Under the pieces are notes generated by a model. The model was given only the letters and a program-made list of their open reading frames with translations. It was not told the origin of the DNA and did no database searches. Of a stretch of DNA of 64,000 bases, positions 8,256 to 17,102 are shown piece after piece (within the stretch, counting starts at the first letter, position 1; the number at the start of each line of letters is the position of its first letter). Made by a program: the position numbers and the translations under genes. This DNA is from Blastocatellia bacterium (GTDB lineage Bacteria > Acidobacteriota > Blastocatellia > UBA7656), in contig DATFXM010000058.1 in NCBI GenBank assembly GCA_035315885.1, forward strand, positions 10,317 through 74,316, in the 5' to 3' direction.

Positions 8256-9265
8256 TATTCCTTTCCCAGTTTGCCTAGCAGGTCTCCGATCTTGCTCGAG
8301 AGTCTGGGACCCCTGAGTCCCGTAGCCTTAACGACGCCGTCCTGATCGATCAACACCGCATAGGGGATCGCACGTACCCCATAGAGTCTGGCAATCTTGT
8401 TATTCCATCCTCCGCCGTCGAAGAACTGAGGCCAGGTGATTCCCTGCTCTTTCATATAAGACTTGAAGGCGCGCTCGTCGCGGTCCAGATTCACTCCAAT
8501 CATCACGAATTGTTTGCCGTTGTACTTGCTCCAGATCTTTTTCACGTCGGGCATCTCCGCGCGGCAGGGCCCGCACCACGAAGCCCAAAAATCGAGCACC
8601 ACGACCTTGCCCTTGAAGGCCTCCAGCGACAGGTTCTGACCGTCGAACGACTTCACTTCGAACACCGGCGCCGACGGCTCTCCGGTGTTGCGCGGATTCG
8701 CGAGAATACCTCTGACCTCGCTCGCCTCCGGAGCGTTCGGTTGTTTTTCTAGGAAGGTCTTGAACGCCGCCTTACCCTCTTCGGCTTTGCCGACCTTGAT
8801 CAGCGCGTGACCCAGGTTGTAGTAGGCCTGGGCTATACTCCCCTGACTCATATCGATGGCGCGTCGAAATTCGCTGACTGCCTCGTCGTACACCTTCTTG
8901 TCACTCATCAGAAACAGTGCGACGCCCAAACCGTTATGCAAGCCGGCCTCGTTTGAGGCTTTCAACGCGATTCCCTCTCTGAATGCGCCGGCGGCTTCTT
9001 TAAATTTTTGAGCCTGCAAATAGCTGGAGCCGATCATCTCGAAACATTCAGGGCAGGTTCCCTTTCTCAGCTTGATGGCATTTCTGAATGAGCTTACTGC
9101 TTCGTCGAATCGAGCCGAATGCATTAGTTCGAGTCCGTGGAGAAACGCGGCCTGCGATTCATCTCCGTTCTCCATTGCCGGATTTCGAAACACTTCCTGG
9201 CCGTTCACAGAAGAACCGATTACGACCAGCGACAGAATCACAAGTCTGGCGACCATGAGCCTCAT
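8255..9265 (-). CDS. Secreted TPR-repeat / TlpA-like thiol:disulfide oxidoreductase fusion
   Basis: Signal peptide MRLMVARLVILSLVVIGSSVNG. TPR-like repeats in the N-terminal half. Thioredoxin fold with FWASWCGPCRAEMP (CxxC). Confidence 0.85.
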   Translation of the reverse strand: MRLMVARLVILSLVVIGSSVNGQEVFRNPAMENGDESQAAFLHGLELMHSARFDEAVSSFRNAIKLRKGTCPECFEMIGSSYLQAQKFKEAAGAFREGIALKASNEAGLHNGLGVALFLMSDKKVYDEAVSEFRRAIDMSQGSIAQAYYNLGHALIKVGKAEEGKAAFKTFLEKQPNAPEASEVRGILANPRNTGEPSAPVFEVKSFDGQNLSLEAFKGKVVVLDFWASWCGPCRAEMPDVKKIWSKYNGKQFVMIGVNLDRDERAFKSYMKEQGITWPQFFDGGGWNNKIARLYGVRAIPYAVLIDQDGVVKATGLRGPRLSSKIGDLLGKLGKE

Positions 9266-9319
9266 ACCAAACTCCTTCTGCGTTATTAAGCGCTTCCAGT
9301 GTCCGCTAAGTCGGGTCCT

Positions 9320-9979
9320 CTAAGTATGCCCGAGCTTCAGCTCGATTCGGCCGGCCTTATCGCCGCCCAGGCCCTTGACTACAAGAAGCAACTCGCCCAG
9401 ATCGGCCAGGTCTGCAGGAAAACGAAAGAAGATCAGTCCGTGGCGAGCATCACCCGGGCTGATCTGCTTTTGCTGATCAATTGCATAGGAAGCGAAATCG
9501 GCCAGTGATTGTTTGTAACCCGCCACATTATACGCGGAAACGCCGTAGTAAGAAATCAAACGTTTGTAAGCCTTGCTGGATTGGGCCTCACTGAGTGCCC
9601 GGCCACTGGACGTAGACAACTCAAAGCGGGCTCTCCGGATATCCAGCGGCGTGTCGGCGCGGTTTTCGATTTCAACCCTCACGGCCAACAGTCCGGCAAG
9701 GAGCAGGTTCGCATCAAACGTATCGAGGAGCGCGGCTTCATCGATGATTGCCACTGCACGTACGGCGATTCTCGGCGACTCGTATTTGGATTCCGGTTCT
9801 GCCGCTGGAAACTTGATGTTGGTTTTGACATTGAAAGGCCGGCCACAGCCGGCGGACAGCAAAATGGCTAGCGCAATGAAGATGACGAGCACAATACGCG
9901 CGGTTTTTTTTCGGATCGTGTCTGGCACGGTCGTGATGCTATTAAAGGGGCGAAATCGTGTCAACTTGCTAGGGTCCAA
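9320..9979 (-). CDS. Hypothetical lipoprotein
   Basis: 219-aa ORF with a lipobox-like LLSAGC after a hydrophobic segment. I recognise no family. Confidence 0.55.
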   Translation of the reverse strand: MDPSKLTRFRPFNSITTVPDTIRKKTARIVLVIFIALAILLSAGCGRPFNVKTNIKFPAAEPESKYESPRIAVRAVAIIDEAALLDTFDANLLLAGLLAVRVEIENRADTPLDIRRARFELSTSSGRALSEAQSSKAYKRLISYYGVSAYNVAGYKQSLADFASYAIDQQKQISPGDARHGLIFFRFPADLADLGELLLVVKGLGGDKAGRIELKLGHT

Positions 9980-10033
9980 ACGCGTATGCTAACGTCACTA
10001 TTTTCGCTTCAGCAGGGGTTTTCAGGCTGAGGA

Positions 10034-10197
10034 GGGTTGGGGTTTAGGGTTTCGAGTTTAGGGTTTCGAGTTGGAGTTTTGAGGACTACGCGGACCCTAA
10101 GTTGAAACCATTCGAAACGGGAAAGTGTCGTTCAGGTTTTTCGGTTAGACCCGGGATCGAAGGCGATCTCGAGAAAGAGCGAACCCTAAACCCCCTC
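10034..10197. repeat. Family-T element in a divergent intergenic region. The G-rich arm is 10034-10084 and the C-rich arm is 10180-10197.
   Basis: GGGTTGGGGTTTAGGGTTTCGAGTTTAGGGTTTCGAG pairs with CGAACCCTAAACCCCCTC. There are four G-tracts within 10034-10063. Confidence 0.8.
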
Positions 10198-10208
10198 GTA
10201 GAGGGCCT

Positions 10209-10730
10209 ATGATTCGATCTTATAAAGGTGTGCAGCCGCAGATTGCGAAAACGGCGTTCATTGCCGAAAACGCGTCGATAATCGGCGACGTGCATATCGG
10301 CGAGCACTCGAGCATCTGGTACAACTGCGTGCTGCGTGGCGATTGCTACTACATTCGCGTAGGCGAGTACTCGAATATTCAGGACGGCACGATCATTCAC
10401 GTGACTAACGGCAGGTTTCCGACAATCATCGGCAACAAAGTAACCGTAGGTCACGGCGTCGTGCTTCACGGCTGCACTGTCAAAGACCGTGCGCTTATCG
10501 GCATAGGTTCAATTGTTCTCGACGAAGTTGTGATCGGCGAGGAGTCTTTTATTGCCGCCGGATCGCTCGTTACACCCGGAACGATCATTCCGCCGCGCTC
10601 GCTGGTCATGGGTTCTCCCGCAAAGGTCAGGCGCCCGGTCACCGATCAGGAGATCGCTCGGATCGATCAGCACTGGGAGCACTACATAGAGTACAAAAAC
10701 CATTACCTGTCCGAAGGTAGTACGCAGTAG
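10209..10730 (+). CDS. Gamma-carbonic-anhydrase-like / hexapeptide-repeat (LbH) protein, YrdA/PaaY-like
   Basis: The N-terminus AFIAENASIIGDVHIGEHSSIWYNCVLRGD and the hexapeptide repeats are characteristic of the family. Confidence 0.85.
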   Translation: MIRSYKGVQPQIAKTAFIAENASIIGDVHIGEHSSIWYNCVLRGDCYYIRVGEYSNIQDGTIIHVTNGRFPTIIGNKVTVGHGVVLHGCTVKDRALIGIGSIVLDEVVIGEESFIAAGSLVTPGTIIPPRSLVMGSPAKVRRPVTDQEIARIDQHWEHYIEYKNHYLSEGSTQ

Positions 10731-10869
10731 GCGGTAGGCAGTTGGGCAGTCGAACTTGGGACGAACGCCAAAGCGGTTTTAGATCCCGCTATTGAAGAAG
10801 AGTTTGATTACTTAGGGTGCAGAGCTGCACAGTGCCTACTGCTTGCCGCCTGCTGCATACTACCTACTG
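10724..10869. repeat. Family-Q element. GCAGTAG-type arm at 10724-10752, spacer, CCTACTG-type arm at 10835-10869.
   Basis: GCAGTAG GCGGTAG GCAGTTG, then CCTACTG CTTGCCG CCTGCTG CATACTA CCTACTG. The stop TAG (10728-10730) of the preceding gene is the last 3 nt of the first unit. Confidence 0.85.
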
Positions 10870-10878
10870 TTAGAGCAG

Positions 10879-12144
10879 ATGATTTCAAGAGTTCGAGGCA
10901 CACAGGACATCGTACCCGCGCGTTTCACCGACAAAGTGGACGCTCAAATCGAGCTGTGGCTACTGGTCGAGCAAACCGCACGAGAGGCGTTCAGACGATA
11001 CGGGTTTGCGGAAATCCGAACCCCGATCATCGAACATACAGAGCTGTTCGATCGAGGTGTTGGAACCGAGACCGATGTCAATAAAGAGATGTACACTTTC
11101 GAAGATGGTGGAGAGTCGGTTTCGTTGCGTCCCGAGTCTACGGCGTCCGCGGTGCGAGCCTACAACGATCAGGGCATGTTCAATCATCCGGGGCTGATCA
11201 AGCTCTTCTACATCGGTCCGCAGTTTCGTCGCGAGCGCCCGCAAAAGGGCCGCTATCGCCAGTTTGGACAAATCGGCGTAGAAGTTCTCGGCCAAAGCGA
11301 TGATCCGGCTATCGAAGCCGAAGTCATTCAGATGCTCGACTGGTATCTGAAAGAGCTCCAGATCACTGACGTCAAGTTGCTCATCAACTCGATCGGCGAT
11401 GAAAAATGCCGACCAGGATACATCGCTACCTTGCGGGAGGCGATCAGTCAGCGACTCGATCGGTTGTGCTCAAATTGTCGCGGGCGATATGAAACAAACC
11501 CGCTCCGGGTTCTCGATTGCAAAGTCGAATCGTGCCAGCCGGTGTTGAACGAGCTGCCTACAATAACCGGGATGTTGTGTGACGAATGCGAGGCACACTT
11601 TTCGTCATTCAAGTCCCTGCTTGCTGAATCGGGAATTGAGTACGAGATCGTGCCGCGACTGGTTCGCGGACTGGACTATTACAAACGCACCACTTTCGAG
11701 CTGATCGGAAGCCGGCTGGGTGCGCAGAACACGATAGTAGGCGGCGGTCGCTATGATGGGCTCTCAGAGCTGATCGGTGGTCGCCCTGCCAAAGGGTTCG
11801 GCTTTGCGTTTGGAATCGAGAGGATGGTGATGAGTCTCCCGCCCGATGCGCTAGCGGGCGTCAAGGTTCGCCCTGACTTGTTCATTGCGTACATCGGTGA
11901 CGAGGCTCGCTTGCATTCCTTCAGGCTCGCGGCGAGGCTCCGCGCTGCGGGACGAAGCGTGGTCGTAGACATCGAGGGTAAGAAACTCAAGAAAGCCCTG
12001 GCGGTGGCTGACAGCGTCGGCTCTAGGTATTCTGTGATCGTGGGCGAAGACGAGATCAAGACCGGCAAATACACCTTGAGGAATATGACTACCGGGGAAC
12101 AAAGGAGCGTTGCGGAGGAGGAGATTTTGAGTTCTGAGTTCTGA
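10879..12144 (+). CDS. hisS: Histidine--tRNA ligase
   Basis: Class II aaRS motifs (RGTQDI, FRYERPQ-like FRRERPQKGRYRQF, GGGRYDGL). The start was moved to ATG 10879, because track start 10843 lies inside the repeat arm. Confidence 0.92.
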   Translation: MISRVRGTQDIVPARFTDKVDAQIELWLLVEQTAREAFRRYGFAEIRTPIIEHTELFDRGVGTETDVNKEMYTFEDGGESVSLRPESTASAVRAYNDQGMFNHPGLIKLFYIGPQFRRERPQKGRYRQFGQIGVEVLGQSDDPAIEAEVIQMLDWYLKELQITDVKLLINSIGDEKCRPGYIATLREAISQRLDRLCSNCRGRYETNPLRVLDCKVESCQPVLNELPTITGMLCDECEAHFSSFKSLLAESGIEYEIVPRLVRGLDYYKRTTFELIGSRLGAQNTIVGGGRYDGLSELIGGRPAKGFGFAFGIERMVMSLPPDALAGVKVRPDLFIAYIGDEARLHSFRLAARLRAAGRSVVVDIEGKKLKKALAVADSVGSRYSVIVGEDEIKTGKYTLRNMTTGEQRSVAEEEILSSEF

Positions 12145-12314
12145 GTCTTGCTTATTCTTGCTGTGGCATTGCTGGCGCTCCTTAGCGGACCGCGGCGGCG
12201 AAAACTCAACACTCTGAAGTCGGACCTTTAAACTCGATCAGATCTCAGATCTCAAATCTCAAATCTAAAAACTCAGGACTCAGGACTCAGAACTCAGAAC
12301 TCAGAACTCAGAAC
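12131..12314. repeat. Family-S element filling the hisS-aspS spacer. (GTTCTGA)2 at 12131-12144, an ~90-nt spacer, and 11 tandem TCARRWC units at 12238-12314.
   Basis: Units TCAGATC x3, TCAAATC x2, TAAAAAC, TCAGGAC x2, TCAGAAC x3, read directly. The hisS TGA (12142-12144) is the end of the second GTTCTGA. Confidence 0.9.
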
Positions 12315-12318
12315 TACC

Positions 12319-14094
12319 ATGCTGGACTCACTTGGAACACTGAAGCGCACTCACTATTGCGGCGAGCTTCGTCCGGAGCACGCCGGTGAAAACGTAAGAC
12401 TGATGGGATGGGTCCATCGACGGCGAGACTTTGGCCCCCTTACGTTCATCGATCTTCGCGATCGCGAGGGCATCGTTCAAATCGTCTTCGACGAGGACAA
12501 GAATGCTGACGCACACCGGCGCGCCAAGGAGTTGCGCAGCGAGTACGTTGTTGCGGTGATCGGCAAAGTGGTTATGCGCGACCAGGACAAGGTCAACCAG
12601 AATCTCAAGACCGGGCGAGTCGAGATAAAAGCGAAGGAGCTTTACATCCTCAACGAGGCAAGGACGCCGCCGTTCGAGCTCGACGCGAATCGCGCGAGTG
12701 AAGACGTGCGGCTCAAGTATAGATATCTCGACCTTAGACGAGACAAGATGCAGTACAACATTCGGTTGCGGCATCGAGCGGCATTGGCGGTGCGGCGCTA
12801 CATGGACGATCAAGGATTTGTCGAAATTGAAACGCCGATGCTGATTCGCACGACTCCGGAAGGAGCGCGTGACTATATCGTGCCGAGCCGGTTGACGCCC
12901 GGATACTTCTACGCGCTCCCGCAGTCTCCGCAGATCTTCAAGCAGCTTCTGATGGTCGCCGGTTATGACAAGTACGTTCAGATCGCGCACTGCTTCCGCG
13001 ACGAGGACCTTCGCGCGGATCGACAGCCGGAGTTCACTCAAATTGATATCGAGATGAGCTTCATCAGGCCCGAAGACTTGTTCAAGGTCATCGAGCCGCT
13101 GATGGTCGAGCTATGCAAGCTGATTGAAGTGAAAGTGGACATTCCCTTCCCCAGGATAACCTATGCGGAAGCAATGCGACGATACGGTTGCGACAAGCCG
13201 GATACAAGGTTCGGGATGGAGTTCAATGACCTCTCGAGCCATCTCGATGGTACCGACTTCACGCCATACAAATCCGCGCTCGAGTCCGGAGGGCAGGTAA
13301 AGGCGATAAACGTCAAGCAGGGCTCCAAGTATTCTCGTAAGAACTACGATGAGCTGACCGAGGTTGCCAGGCGATTTGGGGCGACCGGCATGGCATGGAT
13401 CAGGACCTCCGAGTCGGGCGAAATCAGCTCGGCCCTTTCCAAGTCGCTCGGCGACGATAAGGTCGCAGAGCTTTGCCGAGCCGCCAATTCGGAGCCGGGA
13501 GACTGTCTGCTCATCGTGGCGGGGAAACCGTCCATAGTCGCGGCTTCGCTGAATGCGTTGCGGCTCGAAGTAGCCGAACGCGAAAGTCTGATTGACCAGC
13601 AGAAGTTCAATTTTCTCTGGGTCACCGAATTCCCGATGTTCGAATACAACGAGCAAGCGGACCGCTTTGAAGCAATGCATCATCCGTTTACCAGCCCGCG
13701 TGATGAAGATCTCGGCAGACTCGAGAGCGATCCAGGCTCGGTAATCGCGAAGGCTTACGACCTGGTGTTGAACGGGGTGGAGCTGGGGAGCGGCTCTATC
13801 CGAATCCACTCCCGGGAACTCCAGCGTCGCGTGTTCAGCGCGATCGGCCTGTCGGACGAAGAAGCGCGAGCAAAGTTCGGTTTCCTGTTGGACGCGCTCG
13901 AATACGGCACTCCGCCACATGGCGGAATTGCGTTCGGATTCGATCGGCTCATAATGCTGCTGGCGCGAGAGAAATCCATCCGCGAGGTGATTGCGTTTCC
14001 AAAGACCAATACCGCGACCGACTTGATGACTGAGGCCCCCGGTCCGGCATCGAAAGATCAGCTTAGCGATCTGCGTATTCAAATAGTTGACTGA
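12319..14094 (+). CDS. aspS: Aspartate--tRNA ligase
   Basis: 591 aa. OB-fold N-terminus, FRDEDLRADRQPEFTQID, GGIAFGFDRL. Confidence 0.95.
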   Translation: MLDSLGTLKRTHYCGELRPEHAGENVRLMGWVHRRRDFGPLTFIDLRDREGIVQIVFDEDKNADAHRRAKELRSEYVVAVIGKVVMRDQDKVNQNLKTGRVEIKAKELYILNEARTPPFELDANRASEDVRLKYRYLDLRRDKMQYNIRLRHRAALAVRRYMDDQGFVEIETPMLIRTTPEGARDYIVPSRLTPGYFYALPQSPQIFKQLLMVAGYDKYVQIAHCFRDEDLRADRQPEFTQIDIEMSFIRPEDLFKVIEPLMVELCKLIEVKVDIPFPRITYAEAMRRYGCDKPDTRFGMEFNDLSSHLDGTDFTPYKSALESGGQVKAINVKQGSKYSRKNYDELTEVARRFGATGMAWIRTSESGEISSALSKSLGDDKVAELCRAANSEPGDCLLIVAGKPSIVAASLNALRLEVAERESLIDQQKFNFLWVTEFPMFEYNEQADRFEAMHHPFTSPRDEDLGRLESDPGSVIAKAYDLVLNGVELGSGSIRIHSRELQRRVFSAIGLSDEEARAKFGFLLDALEYGTPPHGGIAFGFDRLIMLLAREKSIREVIAFPKTNTATDLMTEAPGPASKDQLSDLRIQIVD

Positions 14095-14123
14095 TCGCTG
14101 TCGCGCCACCGAAAGGCTGCTCT

Positions 14124-16178
14124 ATGAAAAGTTCCCGCTTGGGGCGCTTCGCCGCTGCCCTCCTGTCTGTTGCACTCACGTCTCTGATCGCGTTAGCGGG
14201 CGCAACATCCGGCACCGTCCGCAACCACAATTCTGAACCGCAGGGCCAGGCTGTTCTCGAGACCGGAAAGTTTCGCCTGCACAAGTTCGAGCAGCCAATC
14301 GGCGAAGAGGTTTATGAAGTCTCTCGCGACGGCGACTCCCTGGTCACACACAGCTCGTTTGCTTTTACCGACCGAGGCACGCGTGTTCCGCTCGAAGCCA
14401 CTCTCAGAACCCGACAGGATCTGTCTCCCGAGCGCTTCGAGATCAAAGGGCAAACTTCGCGTCTCTCTCAAATCGACACCACAATCGAGATCACCGGACG
14501 AAAGGCGAGCATTCGCGAGCAGAACAAGAATCGCGAGGCGGAAACAGGAGATCGCTTTTTCACTATCGCAGGTTACGCACCTGCCGCGATTCAAATGCAG
14601 ATGGTTCGTTACTGGCAGAGTCACGGAGGCTCCGGCTCCCTCTCGACTCTGCCCGGAGGGCAGGTTGGAATCGAGTTCAGAGGTCGCGACAAGATACAGG
14701 CCGAAGGCAAGCCGGTTGAGCTTGATCGGTACATCGTTACCGGCGTGATCTGGGGCCGCGAGTCGCTGTGGTTCGATTCAAACAAACAACTCATCGCAGA
14801 GGTTGCGCTGGACGCCGAGTTCGATCACTTCGAAGCGATACGCGAGGGTTACGAATCGGCGCTTTCTTCATTCGTGTCGAAAGCGGCGGAAGACGGAATG
14901 GCGGTTCTGGCCGAAATGGCGCGGCGAATAAGCCCGGCTCGCAAAGGCGCGCTTGCGATTGTGGGCGCGACACTTGTTGACGGTACCGGCCGGCCACCGA
15001 TCAACGATTCGGTGATCGTAATCGAAAACGACCGCATCATTTCTGCCGGACCTAGAAAGAGTGTGAAAGTGCCGGCCGGCGCGCGGGTCATAGATGCGAA
15101 AGGAAAAACCGTACTGCCGGGCCTCTGGGAGATGCACGCGCACTTCGAACAGGTCGAATGGGGACCGATCTACCTTGCTGCCGGAGTCACGACCTGCCGG
15201 GATGTCGGTAACGAATTCGAGTTTATCACTTCGGTACGGGACGCAATCCAGGCGGGCCGAGGTCTTGGGCCGAGGATGTTGCTTGCGGGGATCGTTGACG
15301 GTGACGGTCCATCGGCGCTCGGAGTCATTCGCGCCAATACTCCGGAGCAGGCGCGAGAAGTCGTCAACCGTTACAAGAAAGCTGGGTTCGCTCAGATAAA
15401 GATCTACAGTTCGGTCAAGCCGGAGATATTGAGAGCGATTTGCGAAGAAGCTCATCGGCTGGGAATGACGGTGACCGGGCACATTCCCCAAGGAATGAAC
15501 GCGATTCAGGGCGTCGAAGCCGGGATGGATCAGATCAATCACATTCAGTACATTCCACCGGTTATGTTGCCAAAGGAGAGGAAGCCCGGTGTGCCGGCCA
15601 CCGTAGATCTCGAATCGACGGAAGCCAAACAGTCGATTGCATTCTTCAAGGAGCACGGCACGGTCCTCGATCCGACTATGGCATTGATGGAGATTCTCAC
15701 TCACTCAAGTGCCGACCCGGTTTCGAGCTTCGAGCCAGGTATTCAAAAGGTCGCACCGGAGCTCTCTACACAACTGCAGAACACCGGCGTACCCGCTGGT
15801 GCCGCGGCACGCGCAAAAGCGACGTTCGATCAGTGGATGAACGTGCTCGCAGCACTTCACAAAGCGGGCGTCCCGATCATTACCGGCACAGATCAAGCAG
15901 TCCCGGGACACAGCCTGCATCGCGAAATCGAGTTGTACGTCAAGGCGGGGTTCACGCCCATGGAAGCCATCCAGGCCTCGACGATAGTGCCCGCCAGAGT
16001 GATGAAATTGGACAAAGAGACGGGCACCGTTGAAGCAGGTAAGCGGGCAGACTTGATCATACTGGACGCGAATCCACTTCAGTCCATTAGCAACATTAGA
16101 ACGGCAAGGTTTGTTGTGGCGGCGGGCAAGCTCTACAACTGCGCAGAACTCTGGAAGAGCGTCGGGTTCACGCCTTAG
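14124..16178 (+). CDS. Secreted amidohydrolase-family protein
   Basis: Signal peptide. LPGLWEMHAHF metal-binding motif. The C-terminal GTD..PG.SLHREIEL and KRADLIILDANPL are typical of the amidohydrolase superfamily. Confidence 0.8.
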   Translation: MKSSRLGRFAAALLSVALTSLIALAGATSGTVRNHNSEPQGQAVLETGKFRLHKFEQPIGEEVYEVSRDGDSLVTHSSFAFTDRGTRVPLEATLRTRQDLSPERFEIKGQTSRLSQIDTTIEITGRKASIREQNKNREAETGDRFFTIAGYAPAAIQMQMVRYWQSHGGSGSLSTLPGGQVGIEFRGRDKIQAEGKPVELDRYIVTGVIWGRESLWFDSNKQLIAEVALDAEFDHFEAIREGYESALSSFVSKAAEDGMAVLAEMARRISPARKGALAIVGATLVDGTGRPPINDSVIVIENDRIISAGPRKSVKVPAGARVIDAKGKTVLPGLWEMHAHFEQVEWGPIYLAAGVTTCRDVGNEFEFITSVRDAIQAGRGLGPRMLLAGIVDGDGPSALGVIRANTPEQAREVVNRYKKAGFAQIKIYSSVKPEILRAICEEAHRLGMTVTGHIPQGMNAIQGVEAGMDQINHIQYIPPVMLPKERKPGVPATVDLESTEAKQSIAFFKEHGTVLDPTMALMEILTHSSADPVSSFEPGIQKVAPELSTQLQNTGVPAGAAARAKATFDQWMNVLAALHKAGVPIITGTDQAVPGHSLHREIELYVKAGFTPMEAIQASTIVPARVMKLDKETGTVEAGKRADLIILDANPLQSISNIRTARFVVAAGKLYNCAELWKSVGFTP

Positions 16179-16196
16179 ACCCTTCGAAACAACCAA

Positions 16197-16244
16197 ATCT
16201 GAGTTCTGAATTCTGAGTTCTGAGCAGTAGCGCCTCTGAGTTCC
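16197..16244. repeat. One-armed family-S array that ends in a family-Q unit
   Basis: ATCTGA GTTCTGA ATTCTGA GTTCTGA GCAGTAG CGCCTCTGAGTTCC, between convergent stops (16176-16178 and 16268-16270). I saw no clear reverse-complement arm. Confidence 0.7.
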
Positions 16245-16267
16245 AAAAACGAACGGGATTGGCAGGC

Positions 16268-16999
16268 TCACTCGCGGCGCTTGCCGGCGACCAAAGCGGT
16301 TCGCGCGGGCAACAACGGATGGTCGCCATAGCGCTTGATTCGTCGCACCGTGAACCCGATACTCCGTAGCTCTGCGGCAATTTCATTGGCCCGATAGAGT
16401 TGCTGCACGTGTAGTTCTTCCGAGCGCCGGTAAGCGCGGCCCGATCTCCTGAACGTGACTATTCTGCGAGTCAGGATGCCGTCCTCTTCGCACTTCTCTG
16501 TCATCACTGCCCAGCCGTCGCCTTCGAGGTGAGACTTGACCTTTGTGCCCAAGGCCACTTGTCCGTGCTCGGCGATGTCGAAGAGAAAGATTCCGCCAGG
16601 TTTGAGCGCTTCGAACACTCTTTTGAAAAGTCGAGAAAGCGAGTGGCTATTCTTCCGGCCATCGGCCACGTAGTTGACGCACTCTCCAATCGACGTGACC
16701 GCTACACACGGCGGCAGCTCGGCATCAAATAAAGAACCCACCTTGAAACGGGCTGCTGGAGCGTTCTTTCTGGCAAGGTTGATCATCGCCGGAGAGATGT
16801 CTAAACCCAACACGGAATATCCGGAGTTGCATAGCCGGCCGGCAAGCGCTCCGCTGCCACATCCGAGATCGACTACGAGTCCCTCGTCGATGCCTCTTTG
16901 CCTCAGGATGCGCGCAACTTCGGCGGCGGCGGCCACTGAAATGCCGCCAAACCCGCGGTCGTGTATGAACGCCAAGTCTTTCTTGTACGAATCACGCAT
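16268..16999 (-). CDS. Class I SAM-dependent methyltransferase
   Basis: Motif I VVDLGCGSGALAGRL, and LKPGGIFLFD. Confidence 0.8.
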   Translation of the reverse strand: MRDSYKKDLAFIHDRGFGGISVAAAAEVARILRQRGIDEGLVVDLGCGSGALAGRLCNSGYSVLGLDISPAMINLARKNAPAARFKVGSLFDAELPPCVAVTSIGECVNYVADGRKNSHSLSRLFKRVFEALKPGGIFLFDIAEHGQVALGTKVKSHLEGDGWAVMTEKCEEDGILTRRIVTFRRSGRAYRRSEELHVQQLYRANEIAAELRSIGFTVRRIKRYGDHPLLPARTALVAGKRRE

Positions 17000-17102
17000 G
17001 ACCAGCCTCAGCTACGCTCCCATTACAACGCCGGCCTCAGTCGACAAGCAAACCGGGGCAGCGACTTTTGATGAGGTTCGATGAGATGTAAGCTTAGTAC
17101 GT

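Noticed and set aside
10843-10878. Track start for hisS at 10843; likewise 26705 for nrdR, 34245 for nuoA, 40072 for nuoN, 3437 for proC and 18314 for bcp
   Set aside because: These N-terminal extensions run through repeat arms or upstream genes and do not match the family N-termini. Internal ATGs give canonical N-termini, and for proC and bcp the chosen ATG also follows an SD.
13111-14109. 332-aa minus-strand ORF, and similar ORFs at 12328..13041, 14868..15704 and 15705..16271
   Set aside because: They are antisense to aspS and to the amidohydrolase gene, which both have strong sense-strand homology signals.
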